NCBI RefSeq assembly: GCF_006345805.1
Contig: NW_021836310.1
Location: forward strand, 1 to 64,000
DNA from: Octopus sinensis
Taxonomy: Eukaryota
Reading direction: 5' to 3'
DNA length: 64,000 nt
Shown here: piece after piece, positions 28,398 to 44,708 of the stretch
How the letters are laid out: each line of letters starts with the position of its first letter
Position numbering within the stretch: position 1 is the stretch's first letter
Position numbers and translations under genes: made by a program
The notes under the pieces: model-generated
The model's input: only the letters and a program-made list of their open reading frames with translations
Databases searched by the model: none
What the model was told of the DNA's origin: nothing

Positions 28398-29167
28398 GCG
28401 CTCGCACACATACACACATAATACATATATAGTGATTTATTGTAGGTAAAAATCTTCCCAAACTGTTAGTTTCAGTTAAGCGATTATCAGACAGAGTTGA
28501 ACTTTTATGAAAATACAAAGGTTTATAAACGTTTGTAAATGGTGCAGTGATAACTAATTATCAACTCATTGGACACGAGGCAATTACTTTTCAAAATAAC
28601 AAGAATGTTTTGGATAAAAACGACCTGTCGTTGACGAATACTAATATATGAATTTAGAAATATTGTGCTTGGGTGGACTTAAACACAGGGACCTGATAAC
28701 CAAGGGGCCCATCTTCCAGTCCAAAACTTTTTTACGATAAATTTCGTAAGCATGTCTGCCTGACTGCAAGCAAGAGGCCTCATAACTTAACTGATGATCG
28801 CTTACGTGAAAATTTGAGTAACGGTTCCTGAAGTTTTTCAGCTACAATGAAATACATTTTACTCTCCCTTTGGTATTTCAGTGCTATTTTCTCCACCTTC
28901 TATTACACCTGTTGCTCAATGCCTGTGTGTGGGTGTGTGTCTGTGTGTATGCATGTGTGAAGGCGTTTGTGTGTGTGTATGTGTGTGTGTGTGAGTGCGT
29001 GCGTGCGTGCGTGTGTGTGCGCGCGACGTGTAATATGTAGAATAGCTCAAAAGTAAAAATTTCACAGACATTTGATAATTTCATTCTAACTTCTACAGCT
29101 GTTTCAACAGTTAAAATGCAAACATCATCATCCATATAATTACGTAATATATAAAAATACATAATAC

Positions 29168-29250
<83 letters not shown>

Positions 29251-29358
29251 CATATATATTTCTCTGTGTGTGTGCTATATATGCATGTATGTATATTTAT
29301 CTATCTTTGTATCTATCTAGCTAACAATCAATTACTATATATATATATCTATATATAT

Positions 29359-29390
<32 letters not shown>

Positions 29391-29421
29391 CATATACATA
29401 CACACATATGTATGTACATAC

Positions 29422-29465
<44 letters not shown>

Positions 29466-30074
29466 TATATATATATACATCTGAGTCACACACATTCTTG
29501 TTTAACTCACACATGCAAGCACACACACATGCAAGCACACAATCATTTTCGCTTAATACATCTGAAAATGTTTGACTCTAACGACCATTAACATCAATCA
29601 CTTCAGTTTGGTGTGGTGTGGTGTGTAAGGGATGACGTGGTATGGTGTGGTGTATGATGTGGTAGGATGTGAGGAGTGGTGGAGGTGGGGAACAGACATT
29701 CAATAAATACGGATCGATATTTATTTAATAATAATTGACTATTAAAGATAAATATAAATGTGAATGTAATCATCGTTATTATGTCCATCTCTAGCCACTG
29801 GTCAATATATACGCTGACCATACTGACCGCATCCAATGTCGGCGTGGCTCTTACACACATGATGGATTTGCTAGAAATAGCAGTTACAATGTTCTTCAAA
29901 CCATACAATTCTGTCATTGAATAATATGGAAGGATCTACTGGATAAATGTAATCCTAGATGTATTATGTCAAGCAAGAACAAATCACCTACAAAAGGTGT
30001 GATAGTCACGGCTGGAATGTTTTGGATCAAACGTTTTGTAGGGGATTGTGGCGTTGGTTTTGGTGGTGGTAGCA

Positions 30075-31790
30075 GGGGTTGTTGTGATTCTTTCGGAGGT
30101 CGATAAAATAAGTACCAGTTGAACACTAGGGTCGATGTCATCGACTAAACTCCTCTCTCAAAATTGCTGGCCTTGTGCCAAAATTTGAAGGTATTATTAT
30201 TGTTGTCGTTGTTGCTAGCTTCGGTGATGATCGTAGCGTCGTTGTTCCGTGATTCGAATGTTTAGGGTTTGACGCTGAGCTGGAAATGTTTCCTTCTAGA
30301 ATATCTTTATTGTAATGTATTACAAACAATACGACGCCGAGCTGGCAGAATCGTTAGCACGTTGGGTGAAATGCTTGGCGGTATTTCGTCTGCCTTTCAT
30401 CCTTTCGTGCTCGATAAATTAAATACCAGTTGCGTACTGGGGGAGATCTAATCGGCTGGCCCCCTCCTCAAAAATCCCCCCTCCCCCAGTACTCAACCCC
30501 GAAAGGATGAAAGGCAAAGTCGACCCCGGCGGAATTTGGACTCAAACGTAGCGGCAGACGAAATACCTATTTCTTTATTACCCACAAGGGGCAACACAGA
30601 GGGACAACAAGGACAGACAAGACAGACAAACGGATTAAGTCATTACATTGACTCCAGTCTACTGGTACTTATTTATCGACCGCGAAAGTAGAAAGGCAAA
30701 GTCGACCTCGCGGAATTTGAACTCAGAACGTAACGGCAGACGAAATACCGCTAAGCATTTCGCCCGGCATGCTAACGGTTTTGCCAGCTCGCCACTTTAT
30801 AAATAATAATTCTTTTCTACTCTAGGCACAAGGCCCGAAAATTTGGGGGACCTCAGTACGCAACTGGTACTTAATTTATCGATCCCGAAAGGATGAAAGG
30901 CAAAGTCGACCTCGGCAGAATTTGAACTCAGAACTTAAAGACAGACGAAATATCACTAAGCATTTCGCCCGGCGTGCTAACGCTTCTGCCAGCTCGCCGC
31001 CTTTGTACGTTACAAATTATAATCTATGGCTTACCGCAATACTTACTGTATTCTGTTTTATAAGTTCGTTTTCACTTAATGATGTCTACATCTATTCTAT
31101 ATTCAGTACTTTATGATATATGCATCTGGCCTGAGTGCTCTATCTGAGCAGGGTGCTCTATCTGGAAGTTTCAATGATAGCAAATTTAAAGCAAAAACCA
31201 ACATAGAGTAACATCTCACGTAAAGCTGTAGCAAGGGTTAACAGTTGTATAATTCTTTAATCTGACGTTGATGATTTTATCAGTTCATAACAGTATTTCA
31301 ATGATCGTTTGGAAACTACTGCAAACCGCACGAACAGCATGGTAGCTCGACGGCATTCTTATCGCCTCTTCAGTCTGATGATGAGGCCGGGAAAGTCTTG
31401 AAACGTTAATGAACGAACGGATTTAGAAATGCTTATCTTCTGTATCTAATATTAATTTCAAATTTTGGCACAAGGCCAGCAATTTCGGGAGAAGAAATAA
31501 GTCGATTACATTGATCCCAGTACACAACTGGTACTCAATTTATCGATCCCCGAAGGGATGAAGGGCAAAGTCGACCTCGGCAGAATTTTCTTCTGTATTT
31601 GATATTAAGGACATGAGTAAGATGACGAGCTTGCCGGAACTTTAACACATCGAACTCAATGCTTAGAGGCACTTCCTCCGTTTTCACGTTCTGGATTCAA
31701 ATTCCGCTGTGATTGACTTAGCCTTTCAACCTTTCGAGGTCAATAAAATAAAGTACCAGTTGGACACTGGGGTAATATAATCAATTTACC
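30075..31790. mobile_element. Cluster of at least six SINE B copies or fragments
   Basis: Family B motifs in both orientations. Confidence 0.75.
31369..31413 (+). ncRNA. Minimal hammerhead motif
   Basis: uucagu-CUGAUGA-u-gaggc(7)gucuu-GAAA-cg-UU-aaugaa; core intact, stem II with G.U pairs. Confidence 0.6.
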
Positions 31791-32515
31791 AAAATATGAA
31801 ATCACTATTAAGGATATGGGTTGCTTAGATTAACTGTACAGAGCGCTTAAGCGGAGGTTGAAAGGTATGAGGTTCGATTCTCTCTTGCGACCTGATAGCC
31901 ACCTTTTTAAACGGTGATGCTCCAGCATGGCTGCAGCCACACAGCTGACATGAAGAAAAGAATAAAAGAATAAAGGGATATAATATCTAAATCCTTAGTA
32001 CATAAAAATAAACTCGAACAGACGTATTTTTAAAGCAAAGTATTTGGAAAGAAAGTTCGTTATTAACAAAGACACGTATAATCGAAACTTCGAAGTCACT
32101 ATCAGTCTTTCCTTTGTAAAAAAACTGAAAGGTTTTTCTGTTGAAAGGTGTTAAGTGATCCTTCAATTTTGAATGTTTGAATGTTTTTTTTTATATATAT
32201 GAGAGATAGATAAAACAAACATTTATATAACACACTCACATACATTCGCCCATTCATGTATAAATTCATAAATAAATATGTATCTTATAAGTATGTGAAT
32301 ATATATACATTATATAATATGAATATACATACAAGTATACACACACATACATATATACACATACATAAGCATATATATATATTCATGTATGTGTATATAT
32401 GTATATACATCATACACACACATAATACACACACACATAGATTTATCACATGCATAAGTAGATTATATATATATATAGATATATTTTATATATAATATAT
32501 TATATACACATTCAT

Positions 32516-32578
<63 letters not shown>

Positions 32579-33179
32579 TTCATTATATATATATATGTAC
32601 ATGTATATATATACATGCACACACACAGACACACACACACACAACCCTAAACGGTTTCTGTTTCTGCTACTCACTAACTGGAACGGTACTGCTACACAAC
32701 ACAATACCAATACGGTTTCATCTGGTCACATTTGACTACACACATTGGTGCATCATATACTGATACGGATGCAGCTAGCCACGCGTCACTGAACACAGAC
32801 TGACTTGTGGAAGAACCAATAAAGGAACTTTTACTTGGTCCCTGGCTTGTTAGAAATAGCAGTCAACCTAGTTAACATTAATCGCTATTGTTAAAAAAAA
32901 ACTGGAAACAAGGTAAGCCTTGATGAGTTATATGTGAAATGTGGTTTTGACCGGAGGTACTTTGCTCCCAGTGGTATTGAACCGAAAACGACGAGGTTAC
33001 GGTAACCATATGGAATGTTTGTTGGACCAGTTAGACAGAAGCAGCAACGATAGGTCCTTCGGATCTTAGGTCAACGGCTTAAATACAAAAGGCTCACTCG
33101 AGAGATAATATAGCCACACGTTTGAGAAGACGGTGACGTGGTTATACGTGGATCCAATCATGGCCTCTTCGCCGTCATC

Positions 33180-33600
33180 GCTGTCATCATCATCATCATT
33201 ATTATCATACCGTCATCATCATCATCATCATCATCATCATAGTCGTCGTCGTCGTATTTGTCATCGCCGACGCCGGTAGCACCATCGTCGTCATTATCGT
33301 GGTTATTGACATCTCTCCACTGGCACCACCACTGCCACCACCACCGACACTACCACCATCATCATCATCATCACCATCATCACCATCGTCATCATCTTCA
33401 CCACCATCACAACCACAGCCACCACCATCACCACCACAATCATCATCATCAACCTCATCATCAACACTACCACCACTACCGACACCATCACCACCACTCT
33501 CATCGTCACAACCACCACCATTACCACAACCACCATCACCATATCACTATCACCACCACCACCAACACTACCATCGTCACCGCATTGTGTTACACAGCTC
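33180..33600. repeat. (CAT/CAC)n low-complexity tract
   Basis: Direct reading. Confidence 0.9.
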
Positions 33601-33734
33601 CACAATACTGAAACGTATCCCTATCTAGTAATTTGTTCATAGCTAACAAATATATTTGTGTCCCGTATGACATGATGACTGTTTTCACGGATGTATATAC
33701 ATGCATGCATACATATATACATGTATATATATAT

Positions 33735-33802
<68 letters not shown>

Positions 33803-34504
33803 TATATTTATGTGTGTGTGTGTGTGTGTGTACATAAGTATATATTTACATATACAAATACATACAAAAATGTGTGTGTGTGTGTAGATGGTAGCTATAA
33901 ACATAAATTGTATATATATCTAATTCTCTTGGAACTCAACAACTCAACAACAACAACAACAACATCAATAACCACACCAACAACAACATTAGTAACCAAT
34001 GTACCATGAACAACCAATAAAATTCAGTTATTCTGATAACACATTTGTATCGATTAAAAATCCTGTTGTTGTTATTGTTGTGCAACCCCAGGTCAATTCT
34101 GATCAAAAAGACCTCTGTGTTTATTGTAAAGCAATCCCCTTGCTTTGTATTGTTATATGGTTTTTGGGGTGTGTTTTTTTTTTTGCGGGGAGGGGTTCAT
34201 CTCAATCTATTGTGAGAGAAATTATTATATTTTATTTTTTCAATTTGTTTCCAATCATAATGTTAAAAAAAAAACATGAAATTATAAAAAAAAAATCCTC
34301 TCGTAATTCGTATTCATAATGTCATAATATCTCCCTCACCCAAACACATCCCCTAATATTTGCTGCCTTTGTTGTAATAAAGAAATCGAACTGGGACGAA
34401 TTTTGATGACGGATAAGATCGAAGAGAATAATGGAAATTGATAAGGAAAAAAGGAGAAATTGTTGAATGATTGGTTGAAAAACAAGTTATTGTTCCCTTG
34501 TTCT

Positions 34505-34681
34505 CAATGGCGGAACCAGAGTTTGTACCATCCGGGGCCGCCCTTAGGTTTGCTTTCATTTCCACCCCCTACCCTCGCTTCCAATACGAGATTATACTGC
34601 AGACTCGAAAGTGCCACCGCTATAAAAGCGGCGCCTGGGACGAACCGCTCCTAAGCCTTACCACCAGCAGCTACGCCTCTG
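34505..34681. mobile_element. hAT-like MITE
   Basis: Ends caatggcggaac / gctacgcctctg; 8-bp TSD cttgttct / gtcgttct (6 of 8). Confidence 0.55.
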
Positions 34682-35289
34682 GTCGTTCTTTCACACTTGT
34701 TCATCAAATATCATTCACCAGAAGGAAGAGAAACTACCCCCTTTTCCCAGCCAAAGCAATGCAGGTGTAGTGGAGTTAGATCCATCCTGCACACAACAAT
34801 AACAGGGTGGCTAATCTTACCCAGTAGGATGAAGGGGAGATTTTCCTGAAGGTCAAACAGAGATGGTCAATACTTCCTTCTGCCTGACCGTCATACAATG
34901 GTATGACTACAGAGTTGTGCTGACGTTTTTATGGTAGGGTCACATTTAACATAGCAGGAGGTTTACGTGCTGTTTAAAATGATACTTGTGCAGGGGGTTC
35001 GTTATACTGTGGCCAAAAATGTTCAATTATTCGCTGAGACAGCGCCATCTGCAAACGTTCTTTGATGCTTGTTGAATGCAGGAATCCTTTTTTATCCCCT
35101 GTAGTCGGTTTCTTTAACAATGCGATAAACGAAGATCAAAATAAGGCGCCTAGTATCTGGAATATTGTTAGACTCTCACTGGTTTCTGCCACTGAAAGTT
35201 AATTTCAGTAAGGAGTGTAGAAATAACAGACAAAAACCTTTGGAAATACCTTCATTTCTTTAAAATTCTATTTCTATTGTTATGTAGGG

Positions 35290-36690
35290 CGATGGATTGG
35301 CAGAAATATCAGAGCGTTAGAAAGAATGTCATGTAATATTGATTTCAAATTTTGGCACAAGGCCAGCAATTTCGGTGAGAGGGTGTTCCATTACCTCGAC
35401 CCCAGTACTCAACTGGTGGTTATTTTTATCGACCCCGAAAGGATGAAAGGCAAAGCCGACCTCGACGGAATTTGAACATAGAACGCTAAGCATTTCACGC
35501 GGCGTGCTAACGATTCTTATTTCTTTATTGCCCACAAGGTGCTAAACATAGAAGGGAAAAACAAGGACAGACAAAGGGATTAAGTCGATTACATCGACCC
35601 CAATGCGTAACTGGTACTTAATTTATCGACCCCGAAAGGATGAAAGGCAAAGCCGACCTCCGCGGAATTTGAACTCAAAACGTAGCGGCAGACGAAATAC
35701 CTATTTCTTTATTACCCACAAGGGGCTAAACACAGAGCGGACAAACAAGGACAGACAAACGGATTAAGTCGATTACATCGACCCCAGTGCGTAACTGGTA
35801 CTTAATTTATCGACCCCGAAAGGATGAAAGGCAAAGTCGACCTCGGCGGAATTTTGAACTCACAACGTAACGCAGACGAAATACCGCTAAGCATTTCGCC
35901 CGGCGTGCTAACGATTCTGCCAGCTTGTCGCCTCGCCTTAGAATGTCTTGTAATACTGCTTCCCAAAAAAAAAAGAAAGAAAAAATGGGGTGAGCTGCAT
36001 GAATTAGCGGCATTTCGCCCGTCTTCACATTCTGAGTTCAAATTCTGCCGAGATCGACTTTTCTTCTAGTTGCGTACTAGGGTCAATGTAATCGACTTAG
36101 CACCCCCACCCCCACATCTGCCCCTGGAAATTGTTGGCCTGGTGCCAAAACTTGAAACACTATTTCTTCCAACTTTGTTTACATTCTAACTTCAAATTCC
36201 GCCTTTCGTCTTCCTGGGCTCAATAAAATGAAGACCCAGTCCAGTACTAGTTCATTAGGATTGACGACTCATTCTCCTTTAAAAATTGCAGGCCTTATGC
36301 CTAAATTAGAAACCATTAATGTTGTTGCTGCTATTATTATCACCACCATCGAACTCACAACCTCATGACCGTGAACCCGACGCACTAACCACTGCGCCAT
36401 GCGCCTTCAGTTACAATTTACCCTTTACTACCATTACAACAACCACCATCACCATCATCATCATCATCATCGTTATTGGCGCCAAGCTGTCAAAAATGTT
36501 AGCACGCCGGGCAAAATGCTTAGCGGCATTTCGTCCGTCTTTACGTTGCGAGTTCAAATTTCGCCGAGGTCGACTTTGCCTTTTATCCTATCGGGGTCAA
36601 TAAAATAAATACCAGTTGAGCACTAAGGTCAGCATAATCAACTTGGCCCCTGCCCCAAAACTGCCGGCCTAGTGACAAAATTTGAAACTA
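35290..36690. mobile_element. SINE B array (minus-strand multimer 35345-35930, plus-strand copies 36000-36690)
   Basis: About 185-bp spacer+body unit repeated at 35516 and 35702. Confidence 0.85.
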
Positions 36691-36762
<72 letters not shown>

Positions 36763-37036
36763 GATATACGCAAAACGGACTAGACAGTTGAAAAAAGAAA
36801 AATTCCTAGCATCAGGCGACAACGAGTAACCTTAGATGTCAAGAACCCTCCCAAGTATCCTAGCTGTCCCTAACAACACTGTTTCCTGGAGCTGTACTAA
36901 ACTGGGTTTTATGCCTGTTTCCTCCATATATCTGTTCAAATCTTTAGGGATACTTCCTATTGCACCTATAACTACTGGGATACATTTTACCTGCTTTTTC
37001 CATAGTCTTTGTAATTCAATTATTATTATTATTATT

Positions 37037-37072
<36 letters not shown>

Positions 37073-37074
37073 AA

Positions 37075-37133
<59 letters not shown>

Positions 37134-37365
37134 TTTCGTAACACAGTGCAGGTAAAAATGTACCGGAGTCTTTAGTCATCTGTCAAGTCACAACAAGGAT
37201 CGTATTCAATATGACAATATCCGGCCAACATATTGAATATCTCTTATTCAATATGACAATATCCGGTGTTTAATTACACGATCCGTCTGAAAATCATATT
37301 CCCAGATATCCTTACTTTTCCATCTTCCTGTATAACTTTACTTGGTACATTGATACCAGTTCTCT
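36690..37365 (-). mobile_element. R4/Dong-clade LINE 3' end with (TAA)n tail and internal microsatellite
   Basis: DFQTDRVIKHR..ELQRLWKKQVKCIPVVIGAIGSIPKDL..LLGTARILGRVLDI*. Confidence 0.85.
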
Positions 37366-37518
37366 ACTGCTTCATATTGGCATTTACAGCATAAAAGCCA
37401 ATAAAGATACACACCACCTTATCGTGGCGGCGCTTGTATCCTCCTCCTCTTCCTCCTCCTCCTCCTCCTCATCATCATCATCATCATTATCATCATTCTT
37501 CTTCATCTCCTCCTCCTT

Positions 37519-37589
<71 letters not shown>

Positions 37590-37708
37590 AATCATCATCA
37601 TCATCATCATCATCGTCGTCGTCGACGTCGTCGTTGTTGTTGTTGTTGTTGTTGTTGTTGTCGGCTTCATTATTTTATTTATTGTTCTGTTTTTGCATCT
37701 TTTTGCAG

Positions 37709-37752
37709 GACGCCCGCCGTGCCAAAACCACCAAAATCCACTGAAAAGACAA
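37709..37752 (+). CDS. Predicted exon: Pro/Thr-rich stalk of a single-pass membrane protein, (x)TPAVPKPPKSTEKT, phase 2 to 1
   Basis: Strong acceptor (tgtttttgcatctttttgcag) and donor (a|gtaagc); 44 nt open frame that joins in frame to the TM exon at 38806. Confidence 0.65.
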
Positions 37753-37819
37753 GTAAGCCATTAATTATATCCCTTGCTTTGTCTATTACTATCCTCATTG
37801 CTGAGAGACGGAAACGATA

Positions 37820-37860
37820 ACACCGTCTCTCTCTCTCACTCTCTCTCTCTCTCTCTCTCT

Positions 37861-37900
<40 letters not shown>

Positions 37901-38340
37901 CTCTCTCTCTCTCTCCATCGATTCTTCGCCTCGGACCATGGTTGTCCATTCAGACAGAGATCTTCCGGTGCATTCTTTGACATCCTCTAGTCATCATCTT
38001 CTCGTTCTCTCACTTCTTCAGTTCTCATTCATCTTCCTTCTTGGGTGTGGAGACAGAATTTTTGGGCCCTGATGACAAACCCCAAGTCCTATAGATTTCC
38101 CTTCCTGACAGTTAGCAAAGGGTTTCTTTCTATTCCCACTTCTTCAAGTACTAACTTATTTGTTCGATGGTCACACCAGCTGACCCTCAATAGTCTTCAA
38201 AAGCTTTAGGTTTAGCAGTGTTGTTTGCACTTAGGGTTCAGCTTTCACATCCATACAGTGCAATAGGCCAAAGTGATGTCTTCGGGGGCTCTAATTTGGT
38301 GTCCTTGCTAAGAGGTCTGTCATTCTTGATTGTATGATAT
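37820..38340 (-). mobile_element. RTE-clade LINE 3' fragment with (GA)n tail
   Basis: WPIALYGCESWTLSANNTAKLKAFE and downstream RTE-like C-terminus in broken frames. Confidence 0.7.
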
Positions 38341-38534
38341 ACCATTGATACAAAATTTATACATTAAAGAGTGAAACGAGGAAACGCACATCATATTCAC
38401 CAACACAAATTAATGAGGGAGCCTACGACAGAAGGAGTATCTAACATTTGGCCCTTGGCAATGCTTGCCTGGTCCTCGGCTCAATTTCACAGAACAATTG
38501 GTTTAACTTTATTAAAAAATTATTATTGGCATGC

Positions 38535-38732
38535 TGGCAGAATTGTTAGCACGCTAGGCACGATGCTTAGCTATGAACTCAGAGAGTTCAAATTCCGCCG
38601 AGGTCGACTTTACCTTTCATCCTTTCGAGATCGATAAATTAAGTACCATACAGTTGAGTACTGGGGGGGGGTCGATATAATCGACTTACCCTCTCCCTCC
38701 AAATTTCAAGCCTTGTGCCTTTAGTGGAAAGG
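38535..38732 (+). mobile_element. SINE B monomer; further copies at 44988-45160, 45450-45945, 53505-53612, 59850-60110
   Basis: Family B motifs. Confidence 0.8.
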
Positions 38733-38805
38733 ATCATTGTTATACTTACCTGACACAGGTAAGTAAAATTTGATTGGTCAATAATCTTGTTTTTTCTTCA
38801 TTCAG

Positions 38806-38898
38806 CCAATGATACACAACAAAGCAACGTTCCCGTCGGTCTGATAGCAGCTTTGATATTGCTATGCGTCCTGATAGCAGCATTGATATTTCTTTGGG
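38806..38898 (+). CDS. Predicted transmembrane exon, TNDTQQSNVPVGLIAALILLCVLIAALIFLW, phase 1-1
   Basis: Polypyrimidine acceptor ttgttttttcttcattcag, donor g|gtaagt, 93 nt, about 22-residue hydrophobic stretch. Confidence 0.85.
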
Positions 38899-39539
38899 GT
38901 AAGTAACTTTTCAAATCGCATCTTCTCTACCGCCGTCGCGGTCTTCACACATCTTCCGTTACAATCACTAAGGAGACTGTATGTGCCACTATAATGGGTG
39001 GCATTGCTGAATATATGTGTGTACATACATACATGCATACATACAAACATACTTACATACATACACACACTTACAAATATAAATACATGCATGTATACAT
39101 ACATACATACATGCATAGATACATACATGCATAGATACATACCTACATACATACATGCATACATACATACATACATACATACATACATACATACATACAT
39201 ACATGCATGCATGCATGCATACATACATACATACAAACATACATACATACATACATACACACATACATACATGAGGTTAAGAAGCTTGCTTCCCACAGAA
39301 TGCTGTCTTGGCTTCAGTACCATTGCATCGCACCTTGAGCACATGTGCGCGCGCGCGTGTGCATATATGTTTTGTGTGGGGTGTATGTGTGTGTGTGTAA
39401 TCTTAAAATAAAAACTACAAATCATATAAATACAGCTACCTAGGGTTTCCTGTCCGAAATTCCATCATTTAGCAAGCTAAAAACAAGATTGTTTGTCAGT
39501 TCTCTTTTGATATATATATATATATATATATATATAGCA

Positions 39540-39740
39540 AATCCAAACATGAACAAAGAGAAAACACAACAATGCGAGGACGTGGAACAAGTATAGTATT
39601 ATTGGACGCTCAGGAAAGGAAAGAAAGAAAGGGGATTTAACGTTTCGAGCGGAGCTCTTCGTTAGAAACATAGGAAAAGGAAAGATCCAAAGAAGGGAAG
39701 ACGGAGAAAGAAAATCGCCAACGATACACTCATGGTGTAA
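39540..39740 (-). mobile_element. Penelope-like terminal repeat with degenerate hammerhead (39636-39668)
   Basis: uuu-CUAACGA-A-GAGC(ucc)GCUC-GAAA-cg-UU-aaa. Confidence 0.6.
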
Positions 39741-39847
39741 GGTGTAGTGGTGTGATGGTGTGATGGTGTTGCAAGGTGGGGAAGGTGAGAGTGGGGAAAG
39801 CAAGGGTGGCGTGTGGATTAGACTGAGGATGGGGAGTGGGTGTAAGG

Positions 39848-39886
<39 letters not shown>

Positions 39887-40174
39887 GACAACTGCCCAAA
39901 GTGCCGTGCAGTGGGACTGAACCCGAAGCCATGGAATTGAAAGCGCGCTTCTTGCCCACACAGTTACGCCTATATGTATTTATGAAAATGTTACATTAAT
40001 TCCCATTTTTCTATGCAAGTTTAAGAATAACGACAGAACATTTAACGATGGGGAGACTCGATATTGAGAGTAGAATCAAACATATAGAATTCGGGTTGAT
40101 TGGGACTTTGAAGTGTTAGGAACTTTATGGTTGAAAAGGCCTGCGGGCGAAACAGGAAGGTCCAGGCAAGAAGA

Positions 40175-40205
<31 letters not shown>

Positions 40206-40325
40206 TATATGTATATGTGTGTGTGTGTGTGCGTATGTATGTATATGTGTGTGCGTATGTATGTATATGTGTGTGCGTGTGTATGTATATGTATGCCTGT
40301 GAGTATGTATATGTGTATGTACGTA

Positions 40326-40371
<46 letters not shown>

Positions 40372-40467
40372 TATATGTGTGTATTACGCCTGTATGTATA
40401 TAGGTATATGTGTGTATATAAGTATGTGTATGCGTGTATGTATATATCTATGCATATACGTTTATGT

Positions 40468-43513
<3,046 letters not shown>

Positions 43514-44147
43514 TTACTAAGATTGGTGTACAAGAAGTACCTGTGCAGATGAATAATTTTCAGTGAGTGTAGCTTGCACCGCACTACCCCCACCTATTGG
43601 CCCAAGGAGACTTTCGCCGGTGTGACATGAGAATTGACAAAACCGGGAACCTCCAAGGCCTCAGTTTTTATTTTGGATATTTCCTTCTTTTTGGTAGATT
43701 ACCAACCAAGGTTAAAGAGCTTCTACCTGCCCATGAGATAGGCTAGACACCGAAACGCTTCATAGAATCATTAAATATTATTCCGGTATCCGACGCTGAG
43801 CAGCACATACATAAATACATTAAAAAGTACAAGATATGTGATTTAAACATATAAATAGAATAAGATTTAAATATAGATAATATATACATAAAAAGGAAAA
43901 ATATACACACATATATATATAAGAATATGTACAAAAGAATATATACAAATTTTACACATATTTGTTGGATGGCCGTTTGATAGGTCTTATTTTTCGCCCT
44001 GCAAGGTGTCCAACAATCACCCTCCTCCCTAAGGAAGCCTGATGGGGTTGTCAGTCTAGTCGCCGACGACCCGATAGGTTGTACTGGATCACATGTTACC
44101 AGTAGCACTCGAGAGCGACCTGACATATATATATATGTGTGTGTGTA

Positions 44148-44180
<33 letters not shown>

Positions 44181-44183
44181 ATG

Positions 44184-44242
<59 letters not shown>

Positions 44243-44499
44243 TATATATATAATATATATATATATGCATATATGTATTATACTATACGTGCGTGTATAT
44301 ATATCTATGTCTGTAATATATATATAAACTCGAACCTCTTACCACACAGCCACGCCTGCGCCTTTAAAGTATGTATGTACACACACACATACGCTCACAC
44401 ATACACACACACACACACACAGACACTCAGACACACACATATATACGCACATACAGATATACACGTAACATATTCACTGCTTAACATTTCTCTTTCTAG

Positions 44500-44562
44500 T
44501 GAAATATCGTAAACGAGAGAAAAAGCGGCGCAACCGACGGATCATGGCTGAAGCTTCTGAAG
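44500..44562 (+). CDS. Predicted juxtamembrane exon A, VKYRKREKKRRNRRIMAEASE, phase 1-1
   Basis: Acceptor catttctctttctag, donor g|gtgtgt, 63 nt; basic stop-transfer cluster in frame after the TM exon. Confidence 0.75.
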
Positions 44563-44639
44563 GTGTGTAACAAACAATGAAACAGAAACATATTCGTTTA
44601 GTATTTTAACCCGTTGTTTTATATTTCCAATATTTGCAG

Positions 44640-44708
44640 TAAAATACAGGGAGCACAAAAGGAAGATTCAGGAGCGAGTATTAGAACGAATGATGAGGCG
44701 AACTCAAG
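44640..44708 (+). CDS. Predicted juxtamembrane exon B, VKYREHKRKIQERVLERMMRRTQ, phase 1-1
   Basis: Acceptor ttttatatttccaatatttgcag, donor g|gtcagt, 69 nt; starts VKYR like exon A. Confidence 0.7.

Noticed and set aside
28658-28745. Apparent phase 1-1 exon ending at gtaagc
   Set aside because: The six-T run puts TAA in frame before the donor.
28882-28925. Strong acceptor followed by VLFSPPSITPVAQC
   Set aside because: Runs into (TG)n with no convincing donor.
33258-33628. Pro/Ser- or His-rich ORFs resembling extensin or mucin
   Set aside because: Trinucleotide low-complexity tract, open in several frames.
35345-35930. CRISPR-like repeat-spacer array
   Set aside because: Spacers are identical SINE modules; eukaryotic context; no cas genes.
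38742-38752. U1 snRNA gene
   Set aside because: Only 11 nt match; no downstream U1 body.
43720-43765. Hammerhead-like ccatga...ccgaaacgc in a Penelope-like repeat
   Set aside because: CUGANGA core and stem II too degraded to call.
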